Shown: in pieces, positions 63,345 through 64,000 of the stretch
Position numbering within the stretch: position 1 is the stretch's first letter
How the letters are laid out: each line of letters opens with the position of its first letter
NCBI GenBank assembly: GCA_036785375.1
Contig: JAWMAR010000316.1
Coordinates: 372,001 to 436,000 of the forward strand
Direction of reading: 5' to 3'
DNA length: 64,000 bases
Source of the DNA: Leucoraja ocellata
Lineage: Eukaryota
Notes under the pieces: generated by a model
Told to the model about the DNA's origin: nothing
The model's input: the letters and a program-made list of their open reading frames with translations, nothing else
The model's database searches: none
Program-made: the position numbers and the translations under genes

Positions 63345-63908
63345 TTGCAACACCTCCAAGCTGATCAAAAAGGCGCAGCAGCACCTTTACTTCCTGCGGA
63401 GGCTCAAGAAAGCTCACCTGTCCCCCCAGATCCTGACCAACCTTTACCGTTGTACCATCGAAAGCATCCTGACCACCTGCCTCACAGTATGGTACAGCAG
63501 TTGCACTGTAGCGGACAGGAAGGCACTACAACGGGTGGTGAAAACCGCGCAGTACATCATCGGTGTCCCGCTCCCTGCCATGGATGCCCTACACCGAAAA
63601 TGGTGTCTGAGACGGGCTGGGAAGATCATTAAAGACCCCTCCCACCCCAACCATGGACTGTTCAGGGAGGCGGTACAGGAGCCTCAGGTCTCGTACAAGC
63701 AGGATGAGGAACAGCTTCTACAATAATACCATCACATTGCTGAACTCGGAGTCCCGCCGATAGATTTCTCCAGTCCCTCCGTCCACATTGTTTGATTATT
63801 CTGTATTTTTATTTCTATATTGCACTATACTACGGACTGACGCTAAACTGCATTTCATTGTACCCATACTTGTATTTGTGCAATGACATTAAAGTTGAAT
63901 TGAATTGA
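63345..63908 (+). mobile_element. Rex1/Babar-like LINE 3' fragment
   Basis: KKAQQHLYFLRRL..YRCTIESIL C-terminal motif; (TTGAA)n tail. Confidence 0.8.
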
Positions 63909-64000
63909 AAAAAAAAGTGATGTTTATTAAAATTGCCTCTTTCAGTAATCAGGCATTCCTCGAGAACATATGAAACCAGTAAACTGTTTCTAGTAAAATG

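Overview
Eukaryotic (cartilaginous fish, probably skate/ray, inferred from the HE1-like SINE and CR1/HER1-like LINE content) genomic window lying entirely inside the FRAS1 gene on the minus strand. Ten GT-AG exons (102, 192, 90, 39, 148, 144, 135, 144, 141, 141 bp; 60091 down to 1357) splice into one open frame encoding VWC domains followed by furin-like Cys-rich repeats. Introns are packed with CR1, Rex1/Babar-like and Penelope retroelements, tRNA-derived SINEs and DNA-transposon MITEs. The most striking structure is a pair of nested DIRS1-type tyrosine-recombinase retrotransposons. A young + strand copy (18713-22496) has perfect ITR/ICR complementarity, intact gag and YR, and an RT ORF with an in-frame ~1 kb loss of RNase H and most of the methyltransferase. 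It is inserted in opposite orientation, via an ATT trinucleotide, into the 3' spacer of an older decayed - strand copy (18225-26624). Other notable items: dispersed Penelope-derived hammerhead-ribozyme-like motifs that also form palindromic MITE-like units, a candidate UBA-domain (TDP2-like) retrocopy fused to a CR1 tail, a DNA transposon with a 5-bp TSD and a long internal hairpin, and a fold-back CR1 next to a FRAS1 exon. All calls were made by eye without database searches; repeat boundaries are approximate unless junctions are quoted.
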